Position numbers and translations under genes: made by a program. This document shows, in pieces, positions 12,125 to 25,638 of a stretch of 64,000 nt of DNA (position 1 is the first letter of the stretch; every line of letters begins with the position of its first letter). Below the pieces are notes generated by a model. That model had not been told where the DNA came from and made no database searches. It saw only the letters and a program-made list of their open reading frames with translations. The stretch spans positions 25,482,001-25,546,000 of the forward strand of contig OZ024744.1 in assembly GCA_964016885.1 (NCBI GenBank), given 5' to 3'. The stretch is from Eledone cirrhosa. Lineage: Eukaryota.

Positions 12125-15100
12125 CGACATGCTTATATAGAGAGAAGACCCAACCACTCGGGCCATCTTTGCCACATTCACCCACCTTTTATAAAATTGT
12201 TGGGGTAGAGCACCTCTCTCTCCATCCTGATTCTTCTTTAAAATTATATTTGAAAAAACGAATCAGTTGCTCGCCGGAGAGAAAGGTGTCTGACCTCAGC
12301 CCTTTTAACCTCGTCCACTATATAACCTCTTTCACCTTAGCCATAGCACATAGGAAAAACGCCTCTCCCTCATTTTTGAAGGAGGGTGGTGGTTTGGTCA
12401 TGACAATAGACTCGGTGGTCAACTGGATTGGTCCCACCCGCGACAATAGTCGTTCTACATAACCCCACGGGTCGGTAACGCCCGGGCAGTGTACAAAAGC
12501 GTGCACGACGGTTTCCTCGTTGCGCACGCATCTAGGACAGATCTTTTTCGAAGGGTCCCTACCCGGGCGCCTGTGTCTGTAGAGCTTGTCTCGAACTGGT
12601 AGAGCTCTTCGATAGCACTGCCGGGCCAGGGACTTTTGGAAGTTGTCCATTGTTCCAGGGCGGAAGGTCCTACCGAACAGACTGGCCAGTTCGTCCTCCT
12701 CTACGCCTAGAGTTTCTCCGAGCGTGTCGTCGCACTTGCTGCGGAACAGTGAAGTCTCCACTGATCGCCGGGTCCGTTTGAAAGAGGACTGTGAGCGCCT
12801 GAGCACATTCGATGTGCCAGTCACCCATTTTCCTCGGTCGATACTTGTCCCAGGACTGCAGCTCGGCCAGCGAGACGAGTGGTGGGACCCACAACGGTTG
12901 TCCGGTGAGGAATACGAGGAGGTACCGCAGCCTGAGCGCGTGTTTGAACATCGCCAGCCACGGAGTCCCCAGCCCTCCGTTTGAAGCGTGTTGGCAGCAG
13001 ATGGATCTTCTCACCAAAGGAGCCCGTTTCTTCCAAAGGAATTGGAACAACGCGCGCTCCATTTTGGTGAGCGTTTTGGCTGGACAAGGCATGACGGTCA
13101 AGCGGTAGTAAATGACGGACGCTATATAAGTGTTCGCCACCTCCGCTCGACCTTTCAAGGATAGTTTGCACTCGGCCCACTTCTGGGTGAGCGCAAACGC
13201 CTTGGCCGTTACCTCGTTCCAGTTCTTCTTCACCTGGAGGTCCGGACCAAACCAGACCCCGAGCAGCTTTACCGGTCCTTCCGTCCAGCATCTGACGACG
13301 CCATCGGAAGGCATCGGTTTGCTTCTCCACGTTCCGAGTTGCAAACTGACGGACTTGTCCTGGTTCAGCTTCGTTCCTGTGAACGATTCGTATTCCTCCA
13401 GTAAGGTGCTGACCTCACCGATTTGCGAGGTGTTCGACACCAATACAGTCACGTCGTCGGCGTAGGCCGACGCCGCTTTTTGCAGTCCAGGTTCCAAAGG
13501 GATGCCCTGCAATAGCTCCAACTTCCGCAGTAGTGGATCGAGAGTCAGTACGTACAGAAGGGGGAAGAGAGGGCATCCCTATCGGATGGATCGCGTGATA
13601 TGGGACGGCTCCGAGAGGTAGCCGTTCACCTTGACCCTTGAACAGATGTTGCTGCTGTGCATTGCAACAATCCGGCCCCTGAACACGAGTCGAAAGCCTG
13701 CCGCATCGAGCAAGTTGTCCAGGTAACGATGGTCACCCCTATCGAAAACTTTCGGCTGATACAACTTGATCAGGGCCCCACCGAAGCCGGGTTTACACTC
13801 TACCCTCTCTATGATGTATCGCATGAGGTGGAGGTTGTCGTGTATGGACCTGGTCGGGATTGCGCATGTCTGTGCTTCTCCCACCAGGTTTTCGACGACA
13901 AACGCCAGCCTCTTTGCCAACACCTTGGCCAAAATCTGTAACCCTGTATTGAGCAGAGTTATGACGGGAAGTTGCCTATGTCATCCCCCTTATTCTCGTC
14001 CTTCCTGACTAACGTGACTACGCCCTTGGTCACAGAATTGGGAATTCTCCCGTTCTGCTCCCAGTTGCTGTAGACCACTTCCAGAAAACCGGAGAACAAG
14101 TCCGGCATTGCTACGTAAAATTCGTAGGATAGACCGTCGAGACCTGGAGATTTGCGTTTGCCGCATTGGCTTAGCGCGTCCCCTATCTCAGCGGCCGAAA
14201 TCGGCCTTTCGCAGAACTTCGCCTCCCTGTCCGAGACGCGATAGGCCGTCGAGGCATGGACCGAAATCCATAGCCCCTCCCAGCGCGCCGCTCTGCCCGA
14301 AAAGTTGAGCAAAAATGCTGCTGAAAGGCCGCGAACATCTGCTTCGGCTCACGTATCACGCGTCCGTCTTGGTCCTTCAAAAACTGAAACGTGGACTTGT
14401 TGCCACTTTTCGCCTGCGTCACTCGGGCCCAGCTAACACTTTTGGCTCCCCCGTTTCCCAGAGCACGTATTTTGCCTCTGACAACGCAGCCTTCATGCTT
14501 TGCGTCGAAGAACTGGTCCAAAGCCGTTCTCGTCGCTAGCACGCTGGCTACGTTGCCACTCCTAAGTGCCTCTTCTACGTTATCTACCAGTTCCTTTTCG
14601 GTCTCATTTCTATCTAACACTAATTCTTTACTAAAACCTATCGAGTTTAATCTAACTGCCCTCTTGAGAGAGTACCACCATCTGTTGTTGACAATGGTCC
14701 CCGTCAAGTGCTACTTGACTAAAGTGCTAATCCGTCTACTGTACGCTTTGCATGTCGGTAACGACAAGTTCAGCTTCCAGTAGCCGGGTCCATGTCTATG
14801 GGTTTTGTCAAGGTTGACTAAGCAGGTCACTAATTTGTGATCTGAATAGGCAACCATGAACATTTGTGGACAACTTAACATATCCCTATCCTTCTTTCTA
14901 GCTAGAACCCTATCTAGGTACGCTCTAGATGTTCCGCTAAAATTAGTCCACGTCCACAGTGGCACTGTTCGAAAATATAGTCGATATCTATCGGCCAGGT
15001 CAAATCGATCGATTAACTGTTTGAGGCTGTTACACCCCCTTTATCAGGACATGCTCCCACATAGTCCCAACGTGCATCTAGGATTCTATTCCAGTCCCCC

Positions 15101-15516
15101 ACTAAAAGCAAGGAGCGCGACGTTCTCAGAAAAGTCTCTAGACGTTTGAAGAAGTCTGGCCGCGGTGTCCCGGATGGGGCATAAGCAGCCACCAGCCTGA
15201 AGGCTCCACCTTCACTACCGTCAACATCTAGGACCATCAGTCGACCCTCCGGGTCCAGATGTACCGTCTGTGTTACGAGGCCCAGGTGTTTTCGCAGCAA
15301 AACGGCAACCCCGCCCCCTGCCCCCGGCCGACAGAGAGATACGTAGATCTCAAAGTCATCGAAGATGGGGGCTAGCTGTCGCTCGCTGTGGATCCTGGAT
15401 TCGCAAATGGCTACTACATCCATACTGTGCGACCTGAGGTCGTTTAAGAGTTTGCTCTGTTTCCAGGGCATCTCCAGGCCGCGTACGTTCACACATCCAA
15501 CTCTTATATTGGCCAT
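12125..15516 (-). pseudogene. Copy A ORF2 (APE-RT-CCHC), disrupted
   Basis: MANIRVGCVNVRGL, VGDWN, SDHK, KSPGLDG, SAYADDV, CPRC..ETVVHAFVHC across several frames; 3' limit approximate. Confidence 0.9.
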
Positions 15517-15549
15517 GTTGGTGCTGAAAAGTTAAAAGAGGAAAAGAAA

Positions 15550-17479
15550 TCACTCAACCTTCGTCTCCCGGGGACCAGGCTGCACGATTTCCATGGGGGT
15601 GTTGGAGGGGTTGGATGGGTGGGTGGTGGTTTCCGGCGGGGTGGGGACGGACATGTTTGGTGGGGTGGGGTCTGATGGGAAGGGGGTGTCTGGGGTGGGG
15701 AGACATTTGAGAAGGACGCGGTTAAGTGGTTTCACGCAGGAATTCCCCACATCCTTTTCAAATGTTTCTTTTAGGGACCTATAAGTTTGTATAGGGACCC
15801 TAATCAGTTTTAGGTTCAGTATTTTGTTATTTTTAATAGAATGGGCGAAAGTTTTCCCTTCGGTGAAAACCGAAGAGTTGTTCGTGATGGTCTCCATTAG
15901 TGTTTTGTTTTCAGTGTTTATGTAAGTGTAAGTGTAATTTTCTTGTGTTGTGATTGTTTTTGTCTGTAGTTCTTGTGTGTGCTTTCGTTTTGTTGTAGGT
16001 ATTTTGTTTTCAGGAGGTGGGGGTTTTGTTTGTGATGTTTTTGTTGTTTGTGTTGGTGGTTGTATGTTTGTGGTAGTGTTTGCTGGTTTTTTGCTTTTGT
16101 GATGTATTTTCTTTCTTTTCGAACGAGGGGGTTCTCCCTCGTTTTCACTGGGTGATGGCGAGATAGCCTCATCTGTTGTATCGTCTGTGTGATTGGGGAG
16201 GGGTATGTCTTGGGGAGCTGTTGTGTCTGTATGTGATTTTGCAGTGGTTTTAGGTGGAGTGGGGTTGGGTGGGACTGTGTTTGTTGTGGTTATTTTTGTG
16301 TGTTGGTGTTGTTGTTGTTGTGGTGGTGTTGGTGGTTGTGTTGTTTTGATGGGTGTAAGCAGAAGAGTCTTTTTTTTACTCATTAATTCAGGACAGGAAG
16401 CCCTCAGGTGACCCCTGCTAAATCAGTGGTAACATGAAGGCCGCCTACCCTCAACCGAAAACTTTATGTTGGTGAGTCCGTCCAGGAGTAGACGTTGTGG
16501 GATCATAGCTATTCGCTCTGGACTAATTTGCACCAGAACTTCAATGCTAGTCCCATTGAATACATCTCTAGGGGACTCTCCTACTGACAGTATTCTGTCT
16601 TCATCAAAATTGATGAAGCCGCATAGTATCCACCATATGTTTACGTTTGGTGTGACACTCGTGATTTTAATCTTTTGTGTCCTTTTCCCCATGTATGTAG
16701 GGAAAAAGTTATACAGGTTGGATACAATTGGTGACACAGAGTAATTTTGGGCCGTCAATTGATCCTTCATGAGTACCGAAATACTCCCAAAGAGTTTGCT
16801 TCTTTGAATGAATGCAATATCATTCATTGAATTTTTGAAAACCAGTCAATTTCTTTCTGTGACAATTGGACTGGTTTTCGGGTAGAATTGGAAACTGTCC
16901 TAAAAACTATCGTTTTGAGAGCAGTTTCCTTGCGAATTTCTACCGGAGAATTGATGCTGAAAGCACCATTCTTTTCGAAAGTGACATATCTCCTAGCTTT
17001 CTTTAAAAGTTGTTCGGCATTTGTTATGTCAAGATATGTCAGTTCCTCCTTTTTCTGAACTGTCTGTGCAAATGAGATTTTGGTTTCTTTGTGGAATTAT
17101 CCGTGTTGGTGGTGTTGTCATTATTGTTGTTATTCTTGTTGATATTCTTGTTGTCACTGATGTTGATATTATTCGTATTTTCCTTGGTGTTGGTGTTGGT
17201 GTTGTTGTTGTATTTGATGCTGGTGTTATTGGTGTTGTCTTTATTTTTTTCTTTGTTGTTGTTGTCATTGTTGTTTTTATCATCATTATTGTTGTGGTTG
17301 TTATCTTTGTTGTCATTGAACTGTTTGGTGTCATTTATGTTGTTTGGATATGAATTTATTTTTACAAATTCATTTCGTCTTTCCATCTCCATAGTATCTA
17401 GGGAAGAAGACGATGTTGACTGCGAGCTATGTAGTCTTACCGACTTTCCACCACCATTATCGTCGAACGCAGCGTTCAT
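15550..17479 (-). pseudogene. Copy A ORF1 (gag-like), disrupted
   Basis: Asn-rich N-terminus, VEGRRPSCYH*..GHLRASC broken knuckle, Thr/Pro/Lys-rich tail; homologous to ORF1 of C and D. Confidence 0.8.
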
Positions 17480-17721
17480 AACGTAATCAAGCTTCTTACG
17501 ATATTTTTTCCGAAATTCGATGGAGAAAAAATTTTTCAAACGAATATTTCGCCCCTGTAGGGGCGAAAATGAGTTGACCCACCACTTGAAGGTCCAGACG
17601 GGGGGTCAAGTTACACAATAATATAAAATTTAACTGAAAACTCACGTTCTTTTCTTACATAAAATAACGGAAACTTCTCCGCGAAGTTACACACGTCTGG
17701 TAGAGAGATAGATAGATAGAT

Positions 17722-20700
17722 AACATTCTTTTTATTTGCCACCAGGGCATCAAAAGTAGGACAAGTACAAGGGGGGGGGGGGGTTTACATGCAAAGGCGT
17801 CCTCAATATGGAGGAGGCAATAACAAGATATAAAAGTATAAAAATCAAATCAAATATAACAAAATAAATTTTATAACAAAATCCTCAATAGGGAGGAGGC
17901 GCCTTGGGGGGTCGCACACACCCCCGAAAAAAAGTGTGCAACCCTTCTCCTCAGGAGCACAGAGACGGCGTGCTCCCTTGCTTCCTCACCTATAGTCTGA
18001 TGTAGAGTGAAGGCCCATTCACACGGGCCATTCTCGCCACTTTCACCCATCTTTCATAAAAACGGCTGGGGTGCAGCACCTCTCTCTCCATCCTGATCCT
18101 TCTTCCGAAATGATATCAGAATAAACGGACCAGTTGTTGGCCAGAGAGAAAGGTGTCTGACCTCAGTCCTTTCAGAAGCGTTCACCATACAACCTCTTTC
18201 GCCATGGCTATTACGCACAGAAACACCGCCTCTCCTTCGTTTTTGAAGACGGGAGGCTGCTTGATCGTTACAATAGATTCGGTGGTCAACCCTTGACAGC
18301 AGTTGTTCGACGTAGCCCCACAGATCGGCAATGCCCGAGCAGTGTACCAAAGCGTATGCAACGGTTTCCTCGTCGCACACGCATCTGGGACAGATCCTTT
18401 TCGAGGGGTCCCTACCCGGGCGCCCGTGTCTGTAGAGACTTTCTCGAACGAGCAGAGCCCCTCGGTAGCACTGCCAGGCCAGGGACCTCTGGTAGTTATC
18501 CATGGGTCCTGGGCTGAATATCCTACCGAACAGGTTGTCCACTTCGTCTTCCTCCATGTCTGGAGCTTCTCCGAGGGCGTCGTCGCACCTGCTAACCACC
18601 AGCCCTCTATAGAATGACGAGGTGGATTCTCCACTGACAGCCGGGTCCGCCTGCCAGAGAGCCGTGAGCGCCTGGGCACACTCGGTGTGCCAGGCACCCA
18701 GTTTTCTCGGTCTTTGCTTGACCCAGGATTGCAGCTAGGTGAGCGAGACGAGTCTGGGAAAGGCTCACCTCACAAACGAGGCCCACACCGGTTGACCGGT
18801 GAGGAATACCTGGAGAAGCCGTAGCCTTAATACGTGTTTACGTATCATTAGCCACGGCATCCCCAGCCCTCCTTTCGAAGGGTGTTGACAGCAGATGGAT
18901 CACCTCACCTTAGGAGCCCGCTTCTTCCAAAGGATTTGGAAGAGTGCGCGCTCCATTTTGGTGAGCGTTTCCCTTGGGCTAGGCACAACGGTCAGGCGGT
19001 AGTAGATAACGGACGCTATATAAGTGTTCGCCACCTCCGCCCGACCTTTCAGGGAGAGTGTGCACTCGGCCCACTTCTGGGTCAGTGCAAACACCCTGTT
19101 CGTTACCTCACCCCAGTTCTACTCCACCTGGAGGTCTGGTCCGAACCAGACCCCGAACAACTTCACCGGGCTCTCAGTCCAGCGCCCGACGACGCCATCG
19201 GAGGGCATCGATCTGCCCCTCCACGTGCCGAGTTGCAGACCGATCGACTTGTCCCGGTTCAGCTTAGCCCCTGTAAACCTTTCGTACTCCTCCAGTAAGG
19301 TGCCGACCGCCCCGATTTCTGAGGCTGTCGACATCATTACTGTTACGTCGTCGGCGTAGGTCGACACCGCTTTCCGCTATCCCGATTCCAACGAGATACC
19401 CTGCAACAACTCCAACTTCCGCAGCAGTGGCTCTAGAGTCATCACATACAGAAGGGAGGAGAGAGGGCACCCTTGTCCGATGGACCGCGCGATTTCGAAC
19501 GGCTCCGAGATGTAGCAGTTAACCTTGACCCTAGAGCAGATGCGGCTGCTGTGCATGGCATTGATCCAGCCCCTGAAAACGGGTTCGAAGCCTGCCGCCG
19601 CTAGCACCGCATCCAGGTAACCATGGTCGGCCCTATAGAACGCCTTAGATTGATCCAAGTTGATCAGGGCCCCACCAAATCCGGGTTCGTTCCCAATCCT
19701 CTCTATGATGTATCGCATGAGGTGGAAGTTGCCGTGGATGGACCTGGACGGGATAGCACATGTCTGCGCATCTCCCACCAGGTTGCCCACGACAAGCGCC
19801 AACCTCTTTTCTAGCACCTTGGCCAAAATCTGTAACTCTGTATTTAGCAGAGTTTTGGGCCTGAAATTATTTATATCGTCCCCCTTGTTCTCGTCCTTCC
19901 TCACTAGCGTGACTACGCCCTTGGTCACAGCACAGGGAATTCTCTCGTTCTGTTGCCAGTTACAGTAGACCGCCTCGAGGAGATCAGGGAACAAGTCCGG
20001 CATAGCTAGATATAGTTCTTATGGAAGACATCGAGACCCGGGGATTTGCGTTTGCCGCATTGGCTCAGCACGTCCTCTATCTCAGCGGCTGAAATCGGCT
20101 CCTCGCAGGACTTCGCCTCTCTGTCCGAGGGACGCGGCAGGCCGCCGAGGTATGGACCGAAGTCCACATCCCCAACCGGCTCCCCGCCCCTTCCGAACAA
20201 TCTGGCAAAGTGCTTTTGAAAAGCCTGGCACATCTGCTTAGGTTCAAGGATCACCCGTCCATCCTGGTCTCGCAAAGACCGGATAGTAGATCTTCTCCCT
20301 CTTTTGGCTTCTGTCATGCGGGCCCAGCTAACAGCTTTGGTACCCTCGTTTCCCAGAGCACGTATTTTGCTTCGGACGATGCAGCCTTCGTGTTTCGCGT
20401 CGAAGAACTGGCCCAGGGCCGTTTTCGACGCTAGCACTCTGGCCACGTCGCCGCTTCTAATTGCCTCTTCTACACTATCTACCAACTCCCTTTCCTTCCT
20501 ATTTCTACTTGAGGCTAACTCCTTACTAAATTCTATAGAGACTACTCTAATCTCTCTTTTGAGAGATCCCCACCACCTGCTGTTGACGATGGCGTCCGTC
20601 AACCGGTCCTAAACTAAAGTGATAATCTGGTCCCTGTAAGCCTTACTTGCCGGTAAGGACAAGTTGAGCTTCCAGTAACCGGGTCCCTGTCTATGCGTTC

Positions 20701-21616
20701 TGTCAAGGTTGACCATGCAGCTCACTAACTTGTGGTCTGAATAGCTAACCATGCTCATTTTTGGACTATTTAAAAAGTCCTTATCCTTATTTCTAACTAA
20801 GATCCTATCTAGGTACGACCTAGATGATCCGCGACGATTTGCCCAAGGCCAAGTTGGCTCAGTCGGAAAATCTAGTCGATATCTATCGGCCAGGTCAAAT
20901 CGACTGATTAACCCTGTGAGGCTATTACACCCCTCTCTATCGGGACAGGCCCCTACGTAGTCCCAGCATGCATCTAGTATACCATTCCAGTCCCCCACTA
21001 ATAACAAGGAGCGGGACGTCCCTAGAAAAGTCTCCAGACGATGGAAGAAGTCCGGCCGCACTGACCCGAAAGGGCCGTAGGCGGCTACCAACCTAAACGC
21101 TCCGCCTTCACCACTGCTAAGGTCCAGAACCACTAGTCGACCCTCCGGGTCCAAATGTACCGTCTGTGTTGCGAGACCCAGATGTTTTTGCAGCAGAACG
21201 ACAACCCCACCCCCACCTCCGGGCTGACAGAGAGATGCGTACATCTCAAAGTCATCAAAGTTGGGGGCCAGCTTCGCACGTTGCTGATCCGGGCCTCGCA
21301 AATAACCATAACATCTATACGTTGTGACCTGAGGTCATTTAGAAGCATTGCTTGCTTCCAAGTTGAGCCCAGGCCACGCGCATTTAGACAGCCTACTCTT
21401 AGCATAGCCATATTTGTTGGTGAAGAGAAAAGGCACTTACCTCTCTGCGTCCCGGGTATCCGGCTGCACAATTTCCATGAGGGTGGGGGATGGGTTGTTG
21501 GGTGGGTGGTGGTTTGTGGAAGTGTAAGGGCATCAGTGTGTTGTGTGGTTGGGGTGTTTGGAGTTGTGTGGGTGTTTGGAGAGGGGGTGGGGTAGTTTTT
21601 TAGGAGGACGCGGTTA
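17722..21616 (-). mobile_element. Tx1-clade copy B, 5'-truncated in the ORF1 3' end, subfamily 2
   Basis: Homology to C stops at ...GGACGCGGTTA and is followed directly by (GATA)n. Confidence 0.9.
17990..21411 (-). pseudogene. Copy B ORF2 (APE-RT-CCHC), disrupted
   Basis: MAMLRVGCLNARGL, GDWN, SYLDR, SDHK, QGCPLS, YADD; multiple stops/frameshifts. Confidence 0.9.
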
Positions 21617-21674
21617 GATAGATAGATAGATAGATAGATAGAAAGATAGATAGATAGATAGAGAGTGAGAGAGA

Positions 21675-21737
<63 letters not shown>

Positions 21738-22674
21738 TATATTGGCCCTTCATCGGTTTCTACAGTGTACAACAACCTTCTCCTCTATATTTTCAGTTTG
21801 TAGTAAAGTATAGGTTCATTGGCTGAGAATTCCAGAGAAACTTCTACTTTTAATTTAACCCTAGGCGGAACGTGGCTTTCATAGTCTGTGACAGTCCATA
21901 TGACAGTAATTCATATTTTCCGTCTAACCAGTATCTCACACTGGACATAGGTCTACTCGGGAATATGGTAAAATATATTTGATCATATTTGCCTCACAGT
22001 GGGATACAGCCCGTGCTCTGAGCGAATTTTTAACCACTCGCACATGCCTAATTACACACACACACACGCACACTCACATACACTCATATACACACACACA
22101 CAACACTCACACATACACATCCACATATACACACACTCACATACACACACACACATATACATATGTACGTAATTAATCATATGTATGCAAAATTAGATGC
22201 TCATCCACACACACACATATATACACATACGTAATTAATGGTATGCATGCAATAACACATAGACTCATTCACTACCAGACATGGTCGTTCCCTTTTCTAT
22301 TTCGAATGCGTTATATATTATGATTTGGTTACTATTTCTAGCAAGTGGAAAGACTCATTAGTGTCTGCAACGTTGTCTTTGTAATCCCTTTTCCTGTATA
22401 TATGTGTTTCCTATATTTTCGTTGTTGATTTTATTTTATTTGTTGTGTGTGTGCGTGTGTGTGTGTGTGGGGGGGGGTTATTTATTTTCGTGTTTGTACC
22501 TCTGAGGGGAGGGGCATCTTCCCTGCCAGTACAATGTTAGATTAATCTAATAATCTACAAAATATTTGATATTTTAACAACTTTTAAGTCAGTTGTCAGC
22601 TTGGCGTTGTCATTCGGTAATCGATCACGGAAACACTAAGTCTTTTGTAGTCATTCCAAATTATTGATTTATTT

Positions 22675-22882
22675 TTTAGGCACAAAAAAAAAGCCAGTAA
22701 ATTTATGGGGATTGATTAAATCAACCGCACTACTTGATAGGTACTTTATTTTATCGACCCCGGAATGATGAAAGGTAAAGTTGAACTGTGCGGGGTTTGA
22801 ACTGAGAATGTAAAGAGGCAGAACAAGCATGGCAATGTTATTTGATCTGATGTTCTACCAATTATAACAATCTACCACCCTC
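22675..22882 (-). mobile_element. tRNA-type SINE, diverged
   Basis: Reverse complement of the GTTCAAA..CTTTCATC..GGGGTCGATAAAATAAAGTACC core. Confidence 0.7.
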
Positions 22883-23394
22883 TTCTAAGATATTACAATA
22901 CCGTTTGACGAGAGTTCCCCAAACATTTTTAGAGAATATATTACATCAGCGGTCCCACCCTGTAAAGTTCATAAAAAATGTGCGTTTAAAATTAAGTTTT
23001 ATGCTTTAAAAAATATTCTTTAAGTAATGTAGAATAACTAAATGTGACAGTTTTATGAGCAACTACTAATTTGTATATTTTATCCATTTCCTCCATCACT
23101 ACCATTCGCCTTCCAACGACCGCACCCATCCCCACCATAGGCTTCACTTCCGGTGCCTCTCTTAAGATCCCAAGCTGTCCCTCAGTGTGTGGTAGCGCCC
23201 ACATTAGAAAAGACTGTGTTAATCTATGCTTCGCTTGTGATGTCCATTGAGACCAATATATATAGAGAGTTGTCAATTTACAGCCAAAGATCAGATTTTC
23301 ACACTGATGCATTCAATAGTTGATTAATTTAAACTAATTGAAATGTAATGGCTCATTACATCAAATATACATGTAAGCACATATACACCTGATA

Positions 23395-23467
<73 letters not shown>

Positions 23468-23617
23468 TCGGTAGACAAGGATGCAATTCAATTCGAGCAC
23501 TAGACGTCAGATCACTTCTTCAAATAAGTGAGCCGACTAAAAAATAATTTAATGCTTTTGCTTTGGTTGTCCTTCCACCTACAATTGCCTCGGAAACGTT
23601 ACCTTTTACTCAGTTTT

Positions 23618-23668
23618 GCTGTCTGATGAAATCACGATATTAATCGTTATCGAAATAGGTATAACAGC
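23618..23668 (+). ncRNA. Minimal type I hammerhead ribozyme (family 6), slightly decayed
   Basis: GCTGT-CTGATGA-AATCACGAT(ATTA)ATCGTTATC-GAAA-TAGGTA-TA-ACAGC, then AATAAA. Confidence 0.6.
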
Positions 23669-23876
23669 TCCATTAATAAAGTTCTCTTTAACATCTACAA
23701 CTTCACATTTTCCTCATTCTAATTATATTGAGTGCTTTATATCAGTTATACACATTTTTAAGCTTGTTGAATCCCAACAAATTAAATATAACCTCTGCAT
23801 ATATATACACATCAGTCCAGAAATAGCCGTCTAAACGGCTTGAGCTCTGCCGTCGGGGTCATACTTTTTCCTATAA

Positions 23877-23955
<79 letters not shown>

Positions 23956-24134
23956 GGTGTGCGTGTGTGTGTGTATATATATATAGTAATAATAATAAAT
24001 GTGAAAACTGAAATCCAAAGAGGGCTCGATAAGGATAAATATATATTAAATATATAAGAACCCTAGAGTAAATAGAAGATCCCGTTAAGGGTGGAAGCAG
24101 CGATTCTTTGCTTAAACTTTAATCTGTTATTTTA

Positions 24135-24195
<61 letters not shown>

Positions 24196-24364
24196 GTGCA
24201 CATTTCTCCTTAAATTGTTGATGGTACGACTATCAAAAGAAAGTAGTTTCTTCTTCACCCCAGAACGTTATATAATGTCACATTTTTTAGTTTATACTTT
24301 TGTAAACCAACAATAGTTATTAAATATTCCACCACAAACGGAAATCATGTTTATTGTTTATTAT

Positions 24365-24745
24365 CGGTGGAGTGGCAGTATCGGTAGAGGGCCGGATTTC
24401 GTGCTTTGAAGAATAGAGTTACCTCCCTGTATGATCTGTGTTCAAATCCCGCCGAGATTAACTTTGCCTTTCATCCTTACGGGGTCGATAAAATAAAGTA
24501 CCAGTAATGTACTGGAAAATTGCTGGTCTTGTGCCAAAATGTAGAAATAATTATTATGGTGAATTGGAGGTATCGGTGGAGGGTCGGACTCCATGCTTTC
24601 CAGCATAGTTACGTCCCTTTATAGACTGAGTTCAAATCCCGCCGAGGTTAACTTTGCCTTTCATCCTTACGGGGCCGATAAAATAAAGTAACAGTAATGT
24701 ACTGAAAAATTGCTGGCCTTGCGCCTAAAGTAGAAACAATTATTA
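24365..24745 (+). mobile_element. Two tandem tRNA-type SINEs
   Basis: A-box-like TGGCAGTATCGG, B-box GTTCAAATCC, GCCTTTCATCCTTACGGGGTCGATAAAAT central domain, ATT tail; twice. Confidence 0.8.
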
Positions 24746-24857
24746 TATAGAAACTGAGTAATATGACAGCTGCAGCTTGAAAAAGTCTGTCTCCCCAATA
24801 CTGGTATTTAGAGCTGGTTGGCGGCTGGGTTTACGGAGAATAAGTTAGGAAATGTAG

Positions 24858-25510
24858 ATGATATCTGAGGTAGGAAATATAGATGTCTAAGGTAGGAAAT
24901 ATAGATGTCTGAGGTAGGAAATATAGACGTCTGAGGTAGGAACTATAGATGTCTGAGGTAGGAAATATAGAGGATGTCTGAGGTAGGAAATAAGGAGGAT
25001 GTCTGAGGTAGGAAATATAGATGTCTAAGGTAGGAAATATAGATGTCTGATGTAGGAAATATAGATGTCTGAGGTAGGAACTATAGATGTCTGAGGTAGG
25101 AAATATGGAGGATGTCTGAGGTAGGAAATAAGGAGGATGTCTGAGGTAGGAAATATAGATGTCTGAGGTTGGAAATATAGATGTCTGAGGTAGGAAATAT
25201 AGATGTCTGAGGTAGGAACTATAGATGTCTGAGGTAGGAAATATGGAGGATGTCTGAGGTAGGAAATATAGTTGTCTGAGGTAGGAAATAAGGAGGATGT
25301 CTGAGGTAGGAAATAAGGAGGATGTCTGAGGTAGGAAATATAGATGTCTGAGGTAGGAAATATAGATGTCTGAGGTAGGAAATATAGATGTCTGAGGTAG
25401 GAAATATAGATGTCTGAGGTAGGAAATATAGAGGATGTCTGAGGTAGGAGATATAGATGTCTGAGGTAGGAAATATAGATGTCTGAGGTAGGAAATATGG
25501 AGGATGTCTG
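24858..25510. repeat. 22/25-bp minisatellite (GATGTCTGAGGTAGGAAATATA)
   Basis: Roughly 28 tandem copies read directly. Confidence 0.95.
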
Positions 25511-25638
25511 TGTTCTAGTATAGACATTTAGTTTCTAATTAACTTTGTTTTAAGGAGTTTATTAGTTACAAGGTTGGTATTCAAGGGTCTTATCCACTGA
25601 GAGTTTTATTCATTGTTGGCTTTGTTTTCAGAGTGTAT

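Larger units (their letters stand above)
11891..17700 (-). mobile_element. Tx1/L1-clade non-LTR retrotransposon copy A, full length (~5.8 kb), subfamily 1
   Basis: 5'UTR, ORF1, ORF2, 3'UTR ending AATAAA; (AGAT)n at both ends. Confidence 0.9.

Noticed and set aside
22909-23216. Possible old hAT MITE
   Set aside because: Terminal repeats too degenerate; no TSD.
24020-24065. AGGGCTCGATAAGG...AAATATATAAGAACCCT, possible HHR
   Set aside because: Lacks GAAA and a stem II.
24365-24460. A/B boxes suggesting tRNA genes
   Set aside because: No cloverleaf; these are heads of a multicopy SINE.
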